A DNA stretch of 64,000 bases. Origin: Candidatus Magasanikiibacteriota bacterium. GTDB taxonomy: Bacteria; Patescibacteriota; Patescibacteriia; Magasanikbacterales; GWA2-37-8. Shown here one piece after another: positions 1-10,944 of the stretch. The DNA is taken from positions 48,571 through 112,570 of the forward strand of contig JAHFHZ010000001.1 in the NCBI GenBank assembly GCA_023246715.1, written 5' to 3'. Within the stretch, counting starts at the first letter, position 1, and the number at the start of each line of letters is the position of its first letter. The position numbers were made by a program, and so were the translations under genes. The notes beneath the pieces are model-generated. The model saw nothing but the letters and a program-made list of their open reading frames with translations. It was not told the DNA's origin and did no database searches.

Positions 1-1
1 G

Positions 2-589
2 TATGGCGAGCCGCAAGTGCATCCCCAGGTGGAAGAATATTACGGCAACGTTAATCCGGTTGGCCCCCGCGCTTGTTACGATGAAGGTAAGCGTTGCGCG
101 GAAACGTTATTTTTTGATTATCATCGGATGCACGGCATGGAAATTAAGGTGGTTCGATTATTTAACGTGTATGGCCCACGCATGGGGTTTCATGACGGGC
201 GGGTGGTGTCTAATTTTATTTTGCAGGCTTTGCAGGAAAAACCGTTGACGGTTGACGGGAACGGAACGCAAACACGTAGTTTTTGTTATATTGATGATTT
301 GATTGATGGTTTGGTAAAAATGATGAATTCTCCGAGTGAGTTAATGGGGCCCATTAACTTGGGTAATCCTGTGGAAACAACTATTAACGAGTTTGGCAAT
401 CGGATTATCGAACTTACCGGCTCACCCAGTGCCCTTAGTTACTCTGGAATTTTCCGGGTAAACGATCCCATGCAACGCTGCCCCAACATCACCAAAGCCA
501 AGGAGCTGCTGGGATGGAAACCCACGGTGCAACTGGAAGAAGGGCTTAAAAGAACCATTACAAATTTTCGTGAGCGACTGGCGGTATGA
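2..589 (+). CDS. UDP-glucuronate decarboxylase (UDP-xylose synthase)-like SDR. The 5' end is truncated by the window edge, so only the C-terminal part is present.
   Basis: The translation [36 protein letters not shown]...NVYGPRM...[10 protein letters not shown] matches the conserved C-terminal half of UXS/ArnA-type decarboxylases. The reading frame is open to position 2. Confidence 0.7.
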   Translation, partial: YGEPQVHPQVEEYYGNVNPVGPRACYDEGKRCAETLFFDYHRMHGMEIKVVRLFNVYGPRMGFHDGRVVSNFILQALQEKPLTVDGNGTQTRSFCYIDDLIDGLVKMMNSPSELMGPINLGNPVETTINEFGNRIIELTGSPSALSYSGIFRVNDPMQRCPNITKAKELLGWKPTVQLEEGLKRTITNFRERLAV

Positions 590-1722
590 GTAAACAAAGA
601 ATTTTGATATTTTCCACCGCCTATCTTCCTTTTATTGGCGGAGCCGAAGTGGCCGTTAAAGAAATCACCGATCGATTAGGATCGGTGTTTGACTTTGAAA
701 TGGTCACTGCACGATTGGACTCAAAATTGCCTGTTACTCAACGACTCACTCATAATTTTGTGGTGCACCGTATTGGGGTTGGGAACCGGTTGGATAAATT
801 ACGACTCTATTTTGAGGGTGTCAAACAGGCGCGAACGTTGGGGAAGTTTAACGTGGTGTGGGCGGTTATGGCCAGTTACGCTGGCTTCGCGGCGTTACGC
901 TATAAAAAGCAAAATCCGGCAGCGCGGTTTTTGCTCACCCTGCAAGAGGGGGACAGCAAGTGGCATATTTATAAGCGTGTCTGGTGGTGCTGGTGGTACT
1001 TTAAACAAATTTTTAAGCGGGCGGATCATATTCAAGCGATTAGCACCTATTTGGCCGCGTGGGCCAAACAGCTCGGCGCTACGTGCCCGATTACCGTGGT
1101 GCCAAACGGGGTGGATGTGAAGAGCTTTATTTTATCCGTCGAAGATAAACGCGTGCGTTACCGCGAATCACTCCGCGATGAATTGTGTTTACCAAAGAAT
1201 GCCCCGGTAATTTTTTCAGCTTCACGGCTGGTACCGAAAAATGGCATTGGAGATTTAATTGGTAGCCTACTTTTTTTACCCGCGACTGTTCATTTGGTAT
1301 TAGCTGGTGATGGAGCCCTGCGTGGTAGCCTAGGGGTTTTAGCGCGGCAAAGCAACGTTGCTGCTCGGGTTCATTTTTTGGGCCATCAGGACCCCGATAA
1401 CTTGCCTGCTTTGTTGTGGGGCAGTGATGTGTTTTGCCGACCAAGTTTATCCGAAGGTTTGGGAAATTCATTTTTAGAAGCCTTGGCCGCCGGGGTGCCA
1501 GTGGTGGCCACACCAGTTGGGGGTATTCCGGATTTTTTGCAAGATGGGCAAACCGGACTATTTTGCGCGGTGAACAACCCCAAAGATATCGCCGAAAAAA
1601 TAAAAATTATTTTGAGCGGCGACGCTCTGCGGGGACTCTTATTTGAAAATGGTAAAAAATTAATCAGTCAGAAATATTCCTGGGAGACGGTGGCTGCCCA
1701 GATGAAACAGATATTAGTATGA
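586..1722 (+). CDS. Glycosyltransferase, GT4-like (GT-B fold)
   Basis: C-terminal [28 protein letters not shown] motif (EX7E-type). Start overlaps the upstream stop (ATGA). Confidence 0.75.
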   Translation: MSKQRILIFSTAYLPFIGGAEVAVKEITDRLGSVFDFEMVTARLDSKLPVTQRLTHNFVVHRIGVGNRLDKLRLYFEGVKQARTLGKFNVVWAVMASYAGFAALRYKKQNPAARFLLTLQEGDSKWHIYKRVWWCWWYFKQIFKRADHIQAISTYLAAWAKQLGATCPITVVPNGVDVKSFILSVEDKRVRYRESLRDELCLPKNAPVIFSASRLVPKNGIGDLIGSLLFLPATVHLVLAGDGALRGSLGVLARQSNVAARVHFLGHQDPDNLPALLWGSDVFCRPSLSEGLGNSFLEALAAGVPVVATPVGGIPDFLQDGQTGLFCAVNNPKDIAEKIKIILSGDALRGLLFENGKKLISQKYSWETVAAQMKQILV

Positions 1723-2816
1723 AGCTGCTTATTGCCGCGGACATTTTTCCACCAGAATCGGGCGGGCCGGCTACATATAGCGTGACGTTAGCCAATGAAT
1801 TCGTGAAACAGGGGATTGAAGTGAAGATTGTTTCGTTGAATCCAGATTCGGATATTAGTAAAGTGAATTGTCCGGTCTATGCTGTGAGATTTAAAAATAA
1901 ACTACTTCGCTATAAGCATTATTTGTGGCTTTTATTTAAGCATGCTCGGAATGTTGAGGTGCTGTACGCCATGGGTCCGGTCAACGCCGGTTTACCGGCG
2001 CTATTTGCCGCCCGTTTTTGGCGAAAGAAATTTGTAGTGAAAGTAGTGGGGGATTATGCCTGGGAACAGGGACAAGTGTTGGGGATTGTGAGCGATAGTA
2101 TTGACGATTTTCAGGCCAAGCAGTATCCGGGGAAAATTGGTTTATTGCAGCGAATTGAACGATATGTTGTTAAGAGCACTGACTTGACTATAGTTCCTTC
2201 CAAGTATTTAAAAAGTATCGTTACGGGTTGGGGATCCTTAGAAAATAAGACCCACGTTATTTATAACGAGGTACCATTTGAACCCATGGAGGCGATTGCT
2301 CACTCGGGAGAACGTTGGGTGGTTTCAGTTGGGCGTTTGGTGCCCTGGAAGGGAATGGAAACCCTTATTGAAGCTATGGTAGGAGTTTGCAAGGTGATAC
2401 CAGAAGCCAAATTGAAGATTATCGGTGACGGTCCAGAAATGAGTAACTTAAAATTAAAGATTAATAGTTTGCAATTAGAAAACGTTATAGAGTTAACCGG
2501 TAACTTGTCACATTCTAAAACACAAAAATATATTGCTTCAGCGGATGTTTTTGTTCTCAATAGTGCATACGAGGGTTTCTCGCACGTTTTGGTTGAGGCG
2601 CATAATCAAGGCGTGCCTGTTATAGCTAGTCGGGCGGGGGGTAATGAAGAAATTGTAGCGGGGGATGCTCTTTTTGAATATAATAATAAGACTGAAATTA
2701 CAGAAAAAATTTGCCGTTATAGCGGTCTTCAAAAGGCAGGAAAGAAAAAACACAGTTTTGGAACAGGCCTTGTACCCGATACTAGGAAAGTATTAGAGCA
2801 AATATGCCGCAACTGA
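1719..2816 (+). CDS. Glycosyltransferase, GT4-like
   Basis: AYEGFSHVLVEAHNQGVPVIASRAGGNEEIV motif. Translationally coupled to the upstream gene. Confidence 0.7.
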   Translation: MKLLIAADIFPPESGGPATYSVTLANEFVKQGIEVKIVSLNPDSDISKVNCPVYAVRFKNKLLRYKHYLWLLFKHARNVEVLYAMGPVNAGLPALFAARFWRKKFVVKVVGDYAWEQGQVLGIVSDSIDDFQAKQYPGKIGLLQRIERYVVKSTDLTIVPSKYLKSIVTGWGSLENKTHVIYNEVPFEPMEAIAHSGERWVVSVGRLVPWKGMETLIEAMVGVCKVIPEAKLKIIGDGPEMSNLKLKINSLQLENVIELTGNLSHSKTQKYIASADVFVLNSAYEGFSHVLVEAHNQGVPVIASRAGGNEEIVAGDALFEYNNKTEITEKICRYSGLQKAGKKKHSFGTGLVPDTRKVLEQICRN

Positions 2817-3802
2817 TGATTAGCCTGGACAAAAAAATACTTGATCCGAATTCAACAGTTGCTCAACGGATGATTCAGCAGGGCTTACAGGATTCATTAT
2901 TTATTGTGGTACCTGCTGTTTCAACTCAGCAGGTTCGTTTATCAACAACCGTACAAGTTTTAGGAGTAGGGGGTAGTAAATTTTTTCAGTTTTTTGGTAT
3001 TATTAGTTCAGGACGTAAATTTCTTTTTGAACACCCCGAGATTACTGTCGTTACCTGCCAAGATCCATTTTTTACGGCCTTGGCAGCATTTTTTATTTGG
3101 AAACAGCCATTGGTTTTCGAAGTGCAAGTGCACGGGGATTTTTTTGGATCAAACTATTATCGTGCAGGCAGCTTGATGAATCGCGCGCGCTATTATTTGG
3201 GTAAATTTTTCATCCGATTGGCTAATCCTGTCCGTGTGGCGGGGGAACGGATTAAACAGAGTATTATTGCCACAGGAGTCGCTGAACACCGAATCGTGGC
3301 GCGCCCAGTTACCTTAGACCCCGAAGCCACGCCACACTTTAAACCACATTTTAATTTGCACGAGCGTTTTCCTGGTTATGAAAAAATTTTTGTTGCTTTA
3401 GGTCGGCTTGATCCGGTCAAGAATATTGCCTGGCTCATTCAACTCTTTCCTGAATTGCTTAAAACGCATCGTGGCACGCTTTTAGTGATTGTTGGTGATG
3501 GGGTGGAGCGTGCGGCTTTGGAATTGCTCGTCAAGCATTTTTGTCTGCGTGATAATATTGTTTTTACTGGGTGGGTTAACGACCCACTTAGTTACCTGGC
3601 GAGTAGTGATGGTCTTTTATTCCCGAGCCTTTCGGAGGGGTATGGCCTTGCCTTACTTGAGGCAAATGCGGTAGGATGTCCTATAGTTACGACAGATGTG
3701 GGTGTGGCTAATTTTGAACTTAACACCGGACCCGCCGTGCATATTGTCCCGATTAACGACCGGGCAGCATTCCTTAAGGCGGTATTTACTTTGTATAATT
3801 AA
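2804..3802 (+). CDS. Glycosyltransferase, GT4-like
   Basis: SEGYGLALLEANAVGCPIVTTDVG motif. Confidence 0.65.
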   Translation: MPQLMISLDKKILDPNSTVAQRMIQQGLQDSLFIVVPAVSTQQVRLSTTVQVLGVGGSKFFQFFGIISSGRKFLFEHPEITVVTCQDPFFTALAAFFIWKQPLVFEVQVHGDFFGSNYYRAGSLMNRARYYLGKFFIRLANPVRVAGERIKQSIIATGVAEHRIVARPVTLDPEATPHFKPHFNLHERFPGYEKIFVALGRLDPVKNIAWLIQLFPELLKTHRGTLLVIVGDGVERAALELLVKHFCLRDNIVFTGWVNDPLSYLASSDGLLFPSLSEGYGLALLEANAVGCPIVTTDVGVANFELNTGPAVHIVPINDRAAFLKAVFTLYN

Positions 3803-3810
3803 CTGATGGT

Positions 3811-4824
3811 ATGTCCGCCAAAAAAGCCTTGATTACCGGGATTTCTGGTCAGGATGGATCGTACTTAACCAAGCTGTTGCTCGATAAGGGCTACCGTGTT
3901 TTTGGTTTGGTGCGTCGTAGCGTGGACCGAAGCTTGAAGAATTTGGAAGACATGGGCGTGGTAGATAAAATTGAGTATGCCGATGGCGACTTGACCGATG
4001 AATGCTCGGTGATGAAAGCCGTTAAAAGCATCCGCCCCGACGAAGTATATAATCTGGGGGCGCAATCTTTTGTGGGAACTTCCTGGGATAATCCAATCCT
4101 AACTACCGAAGTGAATGCTTTAGGGCCGTTGAAGCTGTTGAACGCTCTGCGGTATTTTCATCCCACGGCCCGCTATTACCAGGCTTCAACCAGCGAAATG
4201 TTTGGCAACAGCCATGATAAAGGCCTGCAGACCGAACAAACACCGTTTCATCCGCGCAGCCCGTACGCAATTTCTAAATTGTATGGACATTGGATTACGA
4301 TTAATTTCCGTGAGAGTTTTGGCATGTTCGCGGTCAGCGGTATTTTGTTTAATCATGAGTCACCCTTGCGCGGTCCGGAATTCGTGACGCGTAAAATTAC
4401 AATGGGTGTCGCCAAGATCAAACACGGGCTGGCGAATGAAATTTTACTCGGCAACTTGGACTCAAAACGAGATTGGGGATTCGCCGGTGATTACGTGGAA
4501 GCAATGTGGCTGATGTTGCAGCAAAAAGAACCAAAAGATTTTTTAATTTCCACCGGCGAAACTCATTCCGTACGGGAATTTTTGGAATTAGCTTTTAAAC
4601 GCGTGGGGATTACAGATTGGGAAAAGCACGTAAAGATTGATCCCAAGTTTATGCGGCCGGCCGACGTTTTTGCTTTGCATGGTCACAGCGCCTCGGCTGG
4701 CAAGGAGTTGGGTTGGAAGCCGAAGGTAAGTTTTGAAAAATTAGTTGAAATGATGGTTGATGCCGACCTGAAGCGCGTGGAAAACTCCGCGCGTGCCGAC
4801 CGGGTGGTGGAAGCGATCATTTAG
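3811..4824 (+). CDS. gmd: GDP-mannose 4,6-dehydratase
   Basis: N-terminus KKALITGISGQDGSYLTKLLLDKGYRVFGLVRRS, YxxxK (YAISKLYGHW), and a length of 337 aa are all typical of Gmd. Confidence 0.9.
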   Translation: MSAKKALITGISGQDGSYLTKLLLDKGYRVFGLVRRSVDRSLKNLEDMGVVDKIEYADGDLTDECSVMKAVKSIRPDEVYNLGAQSFVGTSWDNPILTTEVNALGPLKLLNALRYFHPTARYYQASTSEMFGNSHDKGLQTEQTPFHPRSPYAISKLYGHWITINFRESFGMFAVSGILFNHESPLRGPEFVTRKITMGVAKIKHGLANEILLGNLDSKRDWGFAGDYVEAMWLMLQQKEPKDFLISTGETHSVREFLELAFKRVGITDWEKHVKIDPKFMRPADVFALHGHSASAGKELGWKPKVSFEKLVEMMVDADLKRVENSARADRVVEAII

Positions 4825-4829
4825 GGCGT

Positions 4830-6047
4830 ATGCCGGCGGCGGATAAGAAAATTTTATTGCTCTGCCCACGATTTCCGTATCCCGAATCCGGCGCTTGCGA
4901 ACAGGACCGGGCGGATGGCATTCGGCAGCTGGTTCGCCTAGGCTACACGGTAAACGTGGTCGGTAAGGTGTTTCCTTGGCAGGACACGCGCGTAATTAAC
5001 ACGACGTGGAGTGCTTTGGGTGTTGAAATTAACAATGTTCCGTACCGAGCCAAATCGAAACGTTTTTCACTTTCTCTTTTTTTAGAGAAATTTTTTTATA
5101 TACTGAGAAACTTTCGCTATGCCGACGGCGCGGCGTATGAGTATGCTGATCCGGCGTTCAAAAGGTTGGTTGCTCAGAAACTCCGTGATTTTAAACCGGA
5201 TATTGTTTGGGCGGATTATACGTATCTTTGGCCGCTTAATACATTAATTAAAGCAAGCGGTGCTAAACTGGTAGTGCGCTCGATAAATTTTGAACCCAAG
5301 CATTTTTTGGAGGAAGAAGGTCGTAGCTTATTAGCGTATATCAAGTTTTTACCCAAGTTGGCTGGTGAAATTAAAAGCGCCCGTGAAGCTGATGTGCTAT
5401 TGAGCATGAATCCCCAAGAGCAAAGCAAGTACATCAAATGTGGCGCGCCCCGCGTAGTAAATTTGCCGTTGCGCAGCCTAGGGCGGGATTGGCCAATGCA
5501 TATGCCGCGGGAACGCGAAGTGCTCAATGTTTTCTTTTTTGGATCAACCTACACGGTGTCGCATAACGCTCGGGCGTTGCGTTTTATTCTGCAAGAATTG
5601 GTTCCGGCAATGGAACGTCAGGCTCCCGGCAAGTTTTTTTTTCATATTTTTGGCGGTAAATTTCCCGATGAATTTAAACCATTATTAAAGCCAGGAGTCG
5701 TTGTTCATGGCTTTGTTGATGAACTTGAGACATTGCTGGCGGATCAGGATATCGCGCTCGCGCCGTCTTTTTTTGGAGCGGGAATGCAGCAGAAAGTTTT
5801 TGAGCCGCTCGTGCGCGGTTTCCCAACCATCACCAGCCCGCGTGGATTGGCGGGGTATCCTTTTGTGCCGGGTACGGAGGTGCTGTTGGCTCGAAATTTA
5901 TCCGAATATATTGCGGCGTTGTTGCAATTGCAAGATTTAAGATTACGACGTAACTTAGGGTATAACGCGCGCGCAAAAAGCACGGCTTTATTTTCGGGGG
6001 CGTTGAGCGATACTATCGTAAAACAGGAATTAGCGCGATTATGTTAA
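4830..6047 (+). CDS. GT-B fold glycosyltransferase (family uncertain)
   Basis: C-terminal GAGMQQKVFEPLVRGFPTIT resembles the GT-B donor-binding region. No TM segments. Confidence 0.45.
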   Translation: MPAADKKILLLCPRFPYPESGACEQDRADGIRQLVRLGYTVNVVGKVFPWQDTRVINTTWSALGVEINNVPYRAKSKRFSLSLFLEKFFYILRNFRYADGAAYEYADPAFKRLVAQKLRDFKPDIVWADYTYLWPLNTLIKASGAKLVVRSINFEPKHFLEEEGRSLLAYIKFLPKLAGEIKSAREADVLLSMNPQEQSKYIKCGAPRVVNLPLRSLGRDWPMHMPREREVLNVFFFGSTYTVSHNARALRFILQELVPAMERQAPGKFFFHIFGGKFPDEFKPLLKPGVVVHGFVDELETLLADQDIALAPSFFGAGMQQKVFEPLVRGFPTITSPRGLAGYPFVPGTEVLLARNLSEYIAALLQLQDLRLRRNLGYNARAKSTALFSGALSDTIVKQELARLC

Positions 6048-7732
6048 AGTTTTTTTCACCTTTTCGTTTGAGTGTTGTTGGCTTGGTGATTTTTTTATTG
6101 ATTCCTCGCCTGATTCTGTTAACCAACGGCCTGGACAGCCAGCGAATTTGGGACACTAATACCCCGGCTGCTTTTCAGTTTTTAGCGGCTCTTAAAGACA
6201 ATCGCCTGGGTGAATTTTGGCGTTCGGGGCAGAAATATCCGCTGCTCGGTTCGTATTCGTTTGTTCCAGTCCTTGGTGCTTATTATACCGTAGAGAAAGT
6301 TCGCGGTATTTTTGCGGCGCCGATTGATTTTATGAAGGCGTATGCGCTCGGAGAAACAAACGTGTTTTTTTGGATTCGGTTGCAAATGCTGGTTTTGAAC
6401 TTGGTGACAATCTTGCTTCTTTATCGTTTGACTAAACGGTTTACCGGAGCGTCGCGCCGGGCCGGACTATACGTCGTGCTTTTAGCAGCGGTTAATTTTT
6501 ACGTAGCCTTTTTTTCGGTGATGCCGCGCATACATAGTTTTGCTTTTTTTGCCGTGACTCTGACGCTCTACGCTTCGCTCCAATTACTTGAAAAGAAAAC
6601 TACTCGTAATTACTTACTGGCATTTGGCGCGGCGATTATCGCTGGGAGTGTTTCGCAGAGCGGTGTACCAGCCGTGCTTTTACCGATTGGAGCTCATTTT
6701 TATGATTCTGAGCAAAGCAAGTGGTTACTGCGAATTAATCGGCGTCTTGTTGCCAGCGGAATTGCCTATGCAGTGCTTACGGCTGTTTTGGGTTACCCGC
6801 GCACAGTGCTTTGGTTGGTGGATGCCACATTGCAGTTATTTTCAATGGTTATTTTGGGGGGTAATCATATTATTCCGTCGGTAACGTTCACTTGGGTACC
6901 GGTTTACTATTTACTCTCAACCGAATTTATCGCCGTGTGGCTGGGACTAGTGGCGATATTTTTTGCTATACGGCACTCTATTGTTCGGTCAGCCGAGCGT
7001 TTGCGCTTTGCCCCGGCAGATTGGTTGGCTTTGGGTCACGTGGTTGTTTTTTTTGGCGCATTTGGTTTTTCAAATATTTTTAGCGGCCGATTCATGCTGG
7101 CGGCAATGCCCTCGATGTTGTTTTTGGCAGCGCGCCTCATGATGCAGCTGGAACGTTGGCGCTGCGCGTGGTACCCGCTGGTTGTTTGTTTAGCCTTTCA
7201 GGGTTATGGAATTATTCAACTAAGCTCGGCGGCAGCAGGAGGGGACACGCGCGCGGACGCGGCGAGCTGGATATTAAACAACACTAAACCCACTGATCGA
7301 TTGGCCACCACGCTTGACCCGGTATTTTTGGGGATTGTGCCAACTCCCGAAGCTGTGGGCGGGTACGCAGCGCCAATTTTGGGAGCCAATGAAAGTTTGG
7401 TAAAACAACATAATCTGATCGGGGATAAATCGCGTTTTTTGAGTTGGTTTAACGCTTCTTCTACTCCGGCAATAAAAGCCGACTTGCTTAGCTTTGACTA
7501 CTTGATAGTGTCGGTAACTGATCGGAATGTATTTGTAACCGAGGCAGAACTGCACAACGCTCGTTTTAAATTGGTGCAGAGCTTTTATAACACGCCAGAG
7601 CGGAATGCGTTTGAGCAGTCATTTATTCCCTGGGATTTTATTACGCCCCGACCAAGCATCCCGCACCCGCTCGCTTTGCAACGCTTCAAGGCGTTTGGCC
7701 CAACTGTAGAGATTTATCAACGGATGCCGTAA
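6041..7732 (+). CDS. Polytopic membrane glycosyltransferase, GT-C fold (ArnT/PMT, GT39/GT83-like), with a C-terminal soluble domain
   Basis: About 10 hydrophobic helices in the N-terminal 400 aa. Organisation matches ArnT/PMT-like mannosyl or arabinosyl transferases. Confidence 0.5.
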   Translation: MLKFFSPFRLSVVGLVIFLLIPRLILLTNGLDSQRIWDTNTPAAFQFLAALKDNRLGEFWRSGQKYPLLGSYSFVPVLGAYYTVEKVRGIFAAPIDFMKAYALGETNVFFWIRLQMLVLNLVTILLLYRLTKRFTGASRRAGLYVVLLAAVNFYVAFFSVMPRIHSFAFFAVTLTLYASLQLLEKKTTRNYLLAFGAAIIAGSVSQSGVPAVLLPIGAHFYDSEQSKWLLRINRRLVASGIAYAVLTAVLGYPRTVLWLVDATLQLFSMVILGGNHIIPSVTFTWVPVYYLLSTEFIAVWLGLVAIFFAIRHSIVRSAERLRFAPADWLALGHVVVFFGAFGFSNIFSGRFMLAAMPSMLFLAARLMMQLERWRCAWYPLVVCLAFQGYGIIQLSSAAAGGDTRADAASWILNNTKPTDRLATTLDPVFLGIVPTPEAVGGYAAPILGANESLVKQHNLIGDKSRFLSWFNASSTPAIKADLLSFDYLIVSVTDRNVFVTEAELHNARFKLVQSFYNTPERNAFEQSFIPWDFITPRPSIPHPLALQRFKAFGPTVEIYQRMP

Positions 7733-7738
7733 CGCTGT

Positions 7739-8809
7739 ATGAAACTTTTGATACTTACCCAAAAAGTTGACCGATCAGATAGTAATCTTGGTTTTTTCCA
7801 CGCTTGGCTTATTAAGCTTGCCGCGCAGTGCGAAAAATTGACGGTTATTTGCCTGCAAAAGGGTGAGTATAATTTACCGGCGAACGTAACTGTACTGTCG
7901 CTTGGCAAAGAGAATGGTGTTTCCCGGTTTACTTACGTGATCCGATTTTATCACTATATTTTTTCGCTGCGAGCAGAGTACGACGGAGTTTTTGTGCACA
8001 TGAATCAGTTGTATGTGATTCTCGGCGGTTTTTTTTGGAAAATGTGGCATAAGAAAGTGTTGTTATGGTACGTGCACCGCTCCGTCACCTGGCAGCTGCG
8101 ACTGGCCGAGAAGTTGGTAACGGCTATTTTTACCGCTTCGATAGAAAGTTTTCGTTTGCCAAGCGGCAAAGTCCAGGTGGTGGGGCATGGAATTGATACA
8201 GCAGTTTTTATCCCACCAACGGCCTATCCGCTTTTGCCGCCATTACGCCTGGTGACGGTTGGCCGGGTAACTAAGGCAAAGGATCTGGCCACCTTGATAC
8301 GATCGGTTGCCCGCGTGGCCGAGCAGGTGCCTGCCGCGGGCTGTACCCTCACTATTATCGGCGAACCGGTCCGGGCAGATGATCGGGCCTATGCTCAAGG
8401 TCTGCATGAACTGGTTAAATCCCTCGGCGCGGAGAAAATTATTTTGTTTTATGGACGAGTGGTGCATCAAGAGCTACCACAATTGCTCGCTAGCCATCAT
8501 TTGTTTATCCAGGCCAGCCAGACGGGGAGCGTGGATAAAGCAATTCTTGAACCCCTGGCCACAGGATTAACCGTAATAAGCTCTGGAGATGCGTTCCAGG
8601 GAGGGGTTGCGCAGGACGCTGGCATTGAAACCTATACCCCCCGAGATTATCAAGAATTAGCCCAAAAGATTGAAAAACTCTATAGCTCTGGTATACTGAA
8701 CACACCCAATAAACAGGGTAGGGAATGGGTCAAAAAACATCATAATCTTGAGGTTTTGACCAAAAAAATCGTTGATTTTTTCATTTCCAAACCAGCCCGG
8801 CGTGATTAA
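7739..8809 (+). CDS. Glycosyltransferase, GT4-like
   Basis: GT-B C-terminal region ...LEPLATGLTVISSGDAFQGGV. Confidence 0.6.
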   Translation: MKLLILTQKVDRSDSNLGFFHAWLIKLAAQCEKLTVICLQKGEYNLPANVTVLSLGKENGVSRFTYVIRFYHYIFSLRAEYDGVFVHMNQLYVILGGFFWKMWHKKVLLWYVHRSVTWQLRLAEKLVTAIFTASIESFRLPSGKVQVVGHGIDTAVFIPPTAYPLLPPLRLVTVGRVTKAKDLATLIRSVARVAEQVPAAGCTLTIIGEPVRADDRAYAQGLHELVKSLGAEKIILFYGRVVHQELPQLLASHHLFIQASQTGSVDKAILEPLATGLTVISSGDAFQGGVAQDAGIETYTPRDYQELAQKIEKLYSSGILNTPNKQGREWVKKHHNLEVLTKKIVDFFISKPARRD

Positions 8810-8917
8810 ATCCGTCGACAGGTCTTTGATTTTTATTAGCGTTTACATAACATATTTATTCAGTGCTGGTCGGGCAGTGGCAAGACTCCTTCCGGCAGTT
8901 AGTCTAGTTTATATCGT

Positions 8918-9625
8918 ATGAAAAAAGTTACGATAGTTATTCCGGTGTATAACGAAGAAAAAACTATTGAAAAAATTCTCAAGAAGGTTTCTGAAGCAAA
9001 TACGCTTGGTTTGGAAAAAGAGATTATCACGGTTAATGACTGTTCCAAGGATAATAGTCGTCAATTGCTCGAAAATTTGAAACAGCAGTACGGATTAAAA
9101 GTTTTCCATCAGGAAGTGAACATGGGTAAAGGGGCGGCGCTGCAGCGCGGGTTCCAGGAAGCGACTGGTGATATTGTCATTGTTCAGGACGCGGATTTGG
9201 AATACTCGCCCGATGAATATATAAATTTGTTGCAGCCAATTTTGGACGGCGACGCTGACGTGGTATATGGTTCGCGTTTTATTAGCGATCGTCCGCACCG
9301 TGTGCTCTTTTTTTGGCATTACGTGGCGAATAAAGGTTTAACGCTCCTGTCTAACATGTTCACCAATTTGAATCTTACGGACATGGAAACTTGTTATAAA
9401 GTATTCAAGCGAGATTTAATGAAACATTTCACTATCCGCGAGAATCGTTTCGGTTTTGAACCGGAACTAACGGCAAAATTGGCCCGTATTCCAGAAATAC
9501 GCATTTATGAAGTCGGTATTTCGTATCGCGGCCGCAGCTATGCGGAGGGTAAAAAACTCAATTGGAAAGACGGTTTCCCAACCGTAAAGGCAATTATTAA
9601 GTATGGTCTTTTTAAAGGAAAATAA
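8918..9625 (+). CDS. GT2 polyprenyl-phosphate glycosyltransferase (DPM1/ArnC-like)
   Basis: [32 protein letters not shown] (DxD) and a length of 235 aa are typical of dolichyl/undecaprenyl-phosphate sugar synthases. Confidence 0.75.
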   Translation: MKKVTIVIPVYNEEKTIEKILKKVSEANTLGLEKEIITVNDCSKDNSRQLLENLKQQYGLKVFHQEVNMGKGAALQRGFQEATGDIVIVQDADLEYSPDEYINLLQPILDGDADVVYGSRFISDRPHRVLFFWHYVANKGLTLLSNMFTNLNLTDMETCYKVFKRDLMKHFTIRENRFGFEPELTAKLARIPEIRIYEVGISYRGRSYAEGKKLNWKDGFPTVKAIIKYGLFKGK

Positions 9626-10931
9626 ATTATTGACCGTAATTATCGCAGGCTCATTTGTGTTGAGCCTGTTTTATGCTTTTTATTTTCGGATTACCCCGGT
9701 AGTTGACGCGAAAGCCTACGATCGTATCGCCTGGAATTTAGTTCAAGGTAATGGATTTCGGGAGAATGCTGAAACTCCTTTTAGGTATGATTGGGCCATG
9801 CTCCGGGCCGGGCCGGGATATGAATTTCTGTTGGCCGGTGTTTATTTTGTTTTTGGGCATCGTTTTGAGCCGGTATGGGTGCTACAAGCGTTGTTGCACG
9901 CGCTAACGGCTTTGTTGGTGTACGCCATTGCCCGTGAGTTATTTGCGCAAAACGGCCGACAGGCTGGTTTGCTGGCTGCTGCCGCTATCGCGATAAGCCC
10001 GGATTTAATTGAAATTTCGGCCATGCTTATGACCGAAACACTCTATGTTTTTTGTACCGCACTAGCAGTGTATTTATTTTTGCGTCAATTTCGGCCCGGG
10101 ACAGGATTGCTCGGAGCGCTCAGCGTGGGGACGGCCGTAGGGGTTGGCATTCTCACTCGCCCAACATTGGTGTTGTTTATTCCAATCATGGTCTTTTTTT
10201 ACCTGAGTCGTAAAAAATATGTGGCCGCGGTGATGTTGGCAGTTTGCTCGGGGTTGATTTTATTGCCCTGGGTGCTGCGCAACTATTTGTTGTTTAATCA
10301 AATTATCACTACAACGCTTATCGGGTCGTATAATATCTGGCTGGGTAACACGCTTTTTTCCGACGGCGGGCAATACAACAGCACTGTTAATCCGTTGATT
10401 AGTTATGTTACCGAGCATGGTCTGGAAGGGCTAAAAAAGCACGCGAGCGGTGAATTTATGACTTTTTTATTGAGCCATCCGTTGGTGTTTATTAAATTAT
10501 GCGCCATTCGAGTGGTGCGTTATTTTAGTCTTTTGCGCCCAATGGGATTTTGGTTTTATCAGGTTGGCGTTGGAAAGATTGCCATGGTAGGAAGTTCGCT
10601 AGTGTGGATCGCGGCATTGTTTATCAGCGGCTTTGCCGGGCTGGCCAAGCTCGTTCGCGAGAAAAATCAGACCGGATATTTTTTTGTCGCGCTGGCTCTG
10701 AGCGCTCCACTCCTGCTTTTTTTGACAGCCGTACAATCCCGTTATCGTTTTCAAATCTATCCGTTTTTGGCGGTGTCCGGGGCAGGGTTAATTGTTGCCT
10801 GGTGGCAACAGCGGCGGATTGCCTGGAAAGAAAGTTATTTCGTATTTCCGGTTTTGTTTTTATTGGTGATTAGCACAGTTGATTTATTGTCGAGCGTGCC
10901 GGTAATTTTAGCTCATCTAAAGTTATTTTAA
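9603..10931 (+). CDS. Polytopic GT-C membrane glycosyltransferase (ArnT/PMT-like)
   Basis: Multi-pass membrane protein immediately downstream of the DPM1-like GT2. N-terminal loop motif ...[16 protein letters not shown]. Confidence 0.6.
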   Translation: MVFLKENKLLTVIIAGSFVLSLFYAFYFRITPVVDAKAYDRIAWNLVQGNGFRENAETPFRYDWAMLRAGPGYEFLLAGVYFVFGHRFEPVWVLQALLHALTALLVYAIARELFAQNGRQAGLLAAAAIAISPDLIEISAMLMTETLYVFCTALAVYLFLRQFRPGTGLLGALSVGTAVGVGILTRPTLVLFIPIMVFFYLSRKKYVAAVMLAVCSGLILLPWVLRNYLLFNQIITTTLIGSYNIWLGNTLFSDGGQYNSTVNPLISYVTEHGLEGLKKHASGEFMTFLLSHPLVFIKLCAIRVVRYFSLLRPMGFWFYQVGVGKIAMVGSSLVWIAALFISGFAGLAKLVREKNQTGYFFVALALSAPLLLFLTAVQSRYRFQIYPFLAVSGAGLIVAWWQQRRIAWKESYFVFPVLFLLVISTVDLLSSVPVILAHLKLF

Positions 10932-10944
10932 TTCCTTATTCAGT

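Noticed and set aside
3-248. 81-aa plus-strand ORF at the window start
   Set aside because: It is an alternative frame of the UXS-like gene, whose true frame is open from position 2 and carries the conserved motifs.
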